A stretch of DNA of 50,448 bases from Longimicrobiales bacterium (lineage in GTDB: Bacteria; Gemmatimonadota; Gemmatimonadetes; Longimicrobiales; Gaopeijiaceae), in contig JBKHJU010000001.1 in NCBI GenBank assembly GCA_046537985.1, forward strand, positions 1 through 50,448. Direction: 5' to 3'. The notes under the pieces were generated by a model. That model was not told where the DNA came from and did not search any database. It saw only the letters and a list, made by a program, of their open reading frames with translations. Numbering within the stretch: position 1 is the stretch's first letter; the number at the start of each line of letters is the position of its first letter. A program made the translations under genes and the position numbers. Shown in pieces: positions 50,430-50,448 of this stretch.

Positions 50430-50448
50430 GGCGGGGACGGCTCCGGTC

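Noticed and set aside
1-50448. CRISPR arrays, integrase/attP, transposases
   Set aside because: No regularly spaced repeats, tyrosine/serine recombinase motifs or IS-like inverted repeats were seen. Direct repeats are limited to the origin iterons and short motifs.
1-50448. Haloarchaeal virus interpretation
   Set aside because: The Tat usage and acidic proteome are compatible with it. However the SSB is of the bacterial OB-fold SSB type, a Mu Gam-like RecBCD/Ku-type inhibitor is present, and the main intergenic region carries a textbook TTGACA-17-TATATT promoter. I therefore favour a bacterial host.

Overview
The window reads as a complete, circularly permuted genome of a tailed dsDNA bacteriophage with a lambda-like structural module. 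Its GC content is about 70 % and the proteome is acidic and lysine-poor. Every gene I accept lies on the minus strand. The long plus-strand ORFs are antisense artefacts of the high GC.

In transcription order (descending coordinates) the genes are:
- **Head:** scaffold/prohead-processing protein, a gpD-like decoration protein and the major capsid protein.
- **Connectors:** a gp6-like connector, a gp10-like protein and two adaptor proteins.
- **Tail:** major tail protein, a G/GT-type frameshifted chaperone pair, an 832-aa tape measure protein, a distal tail protein and a 1183-aa glycine-rich tail tip/host-specificity protein.
- **Lysis:** two holin-like proteins, an M15 peptidase endolysin and two spanin-like proteins.
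- **Early region:** starts at a sigma70-type promoter embedded in an operator palindrome. It carries HTH proteins, an HhH-GPD protein, a bacterial-type SSB, a Mu Gam-like protein, an Erf/Rad52-like annealing protein and a lambda-O-like replication initiator with intragenic iterons and an AT-rich unwinding element.
- **Accessory and DNA-modification genes:** a DUF4157 (HExxH) protein, an HNH endonuclease, a DnaQ-like exonuclease, C5 and N4/N6 DNA methyltransferases and two GNAT proteins.
- **Packaging:** candidate small terminase and the large terminase.
- **Accessory island (about 8.7 kb):** sits between the large terminase and the portal. It contains a Tat-signal protein, a beta-propeller-like protein, a GT-A glycosyltransferase, two FkbM methyltransferases (one fused to a second SAM methyltransferase domain), a sulfotransferase and a DUF115/Maf-like protein.
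- **Portal.**

No integrase, tRNA or CRISPR array was found. Genes are packed with GTGA/ATGA start-stop overlaps. A gene interrupted at position 1 continues in frame at position 50448 and ends in one such overlap, which argues that the window is a closed genome.
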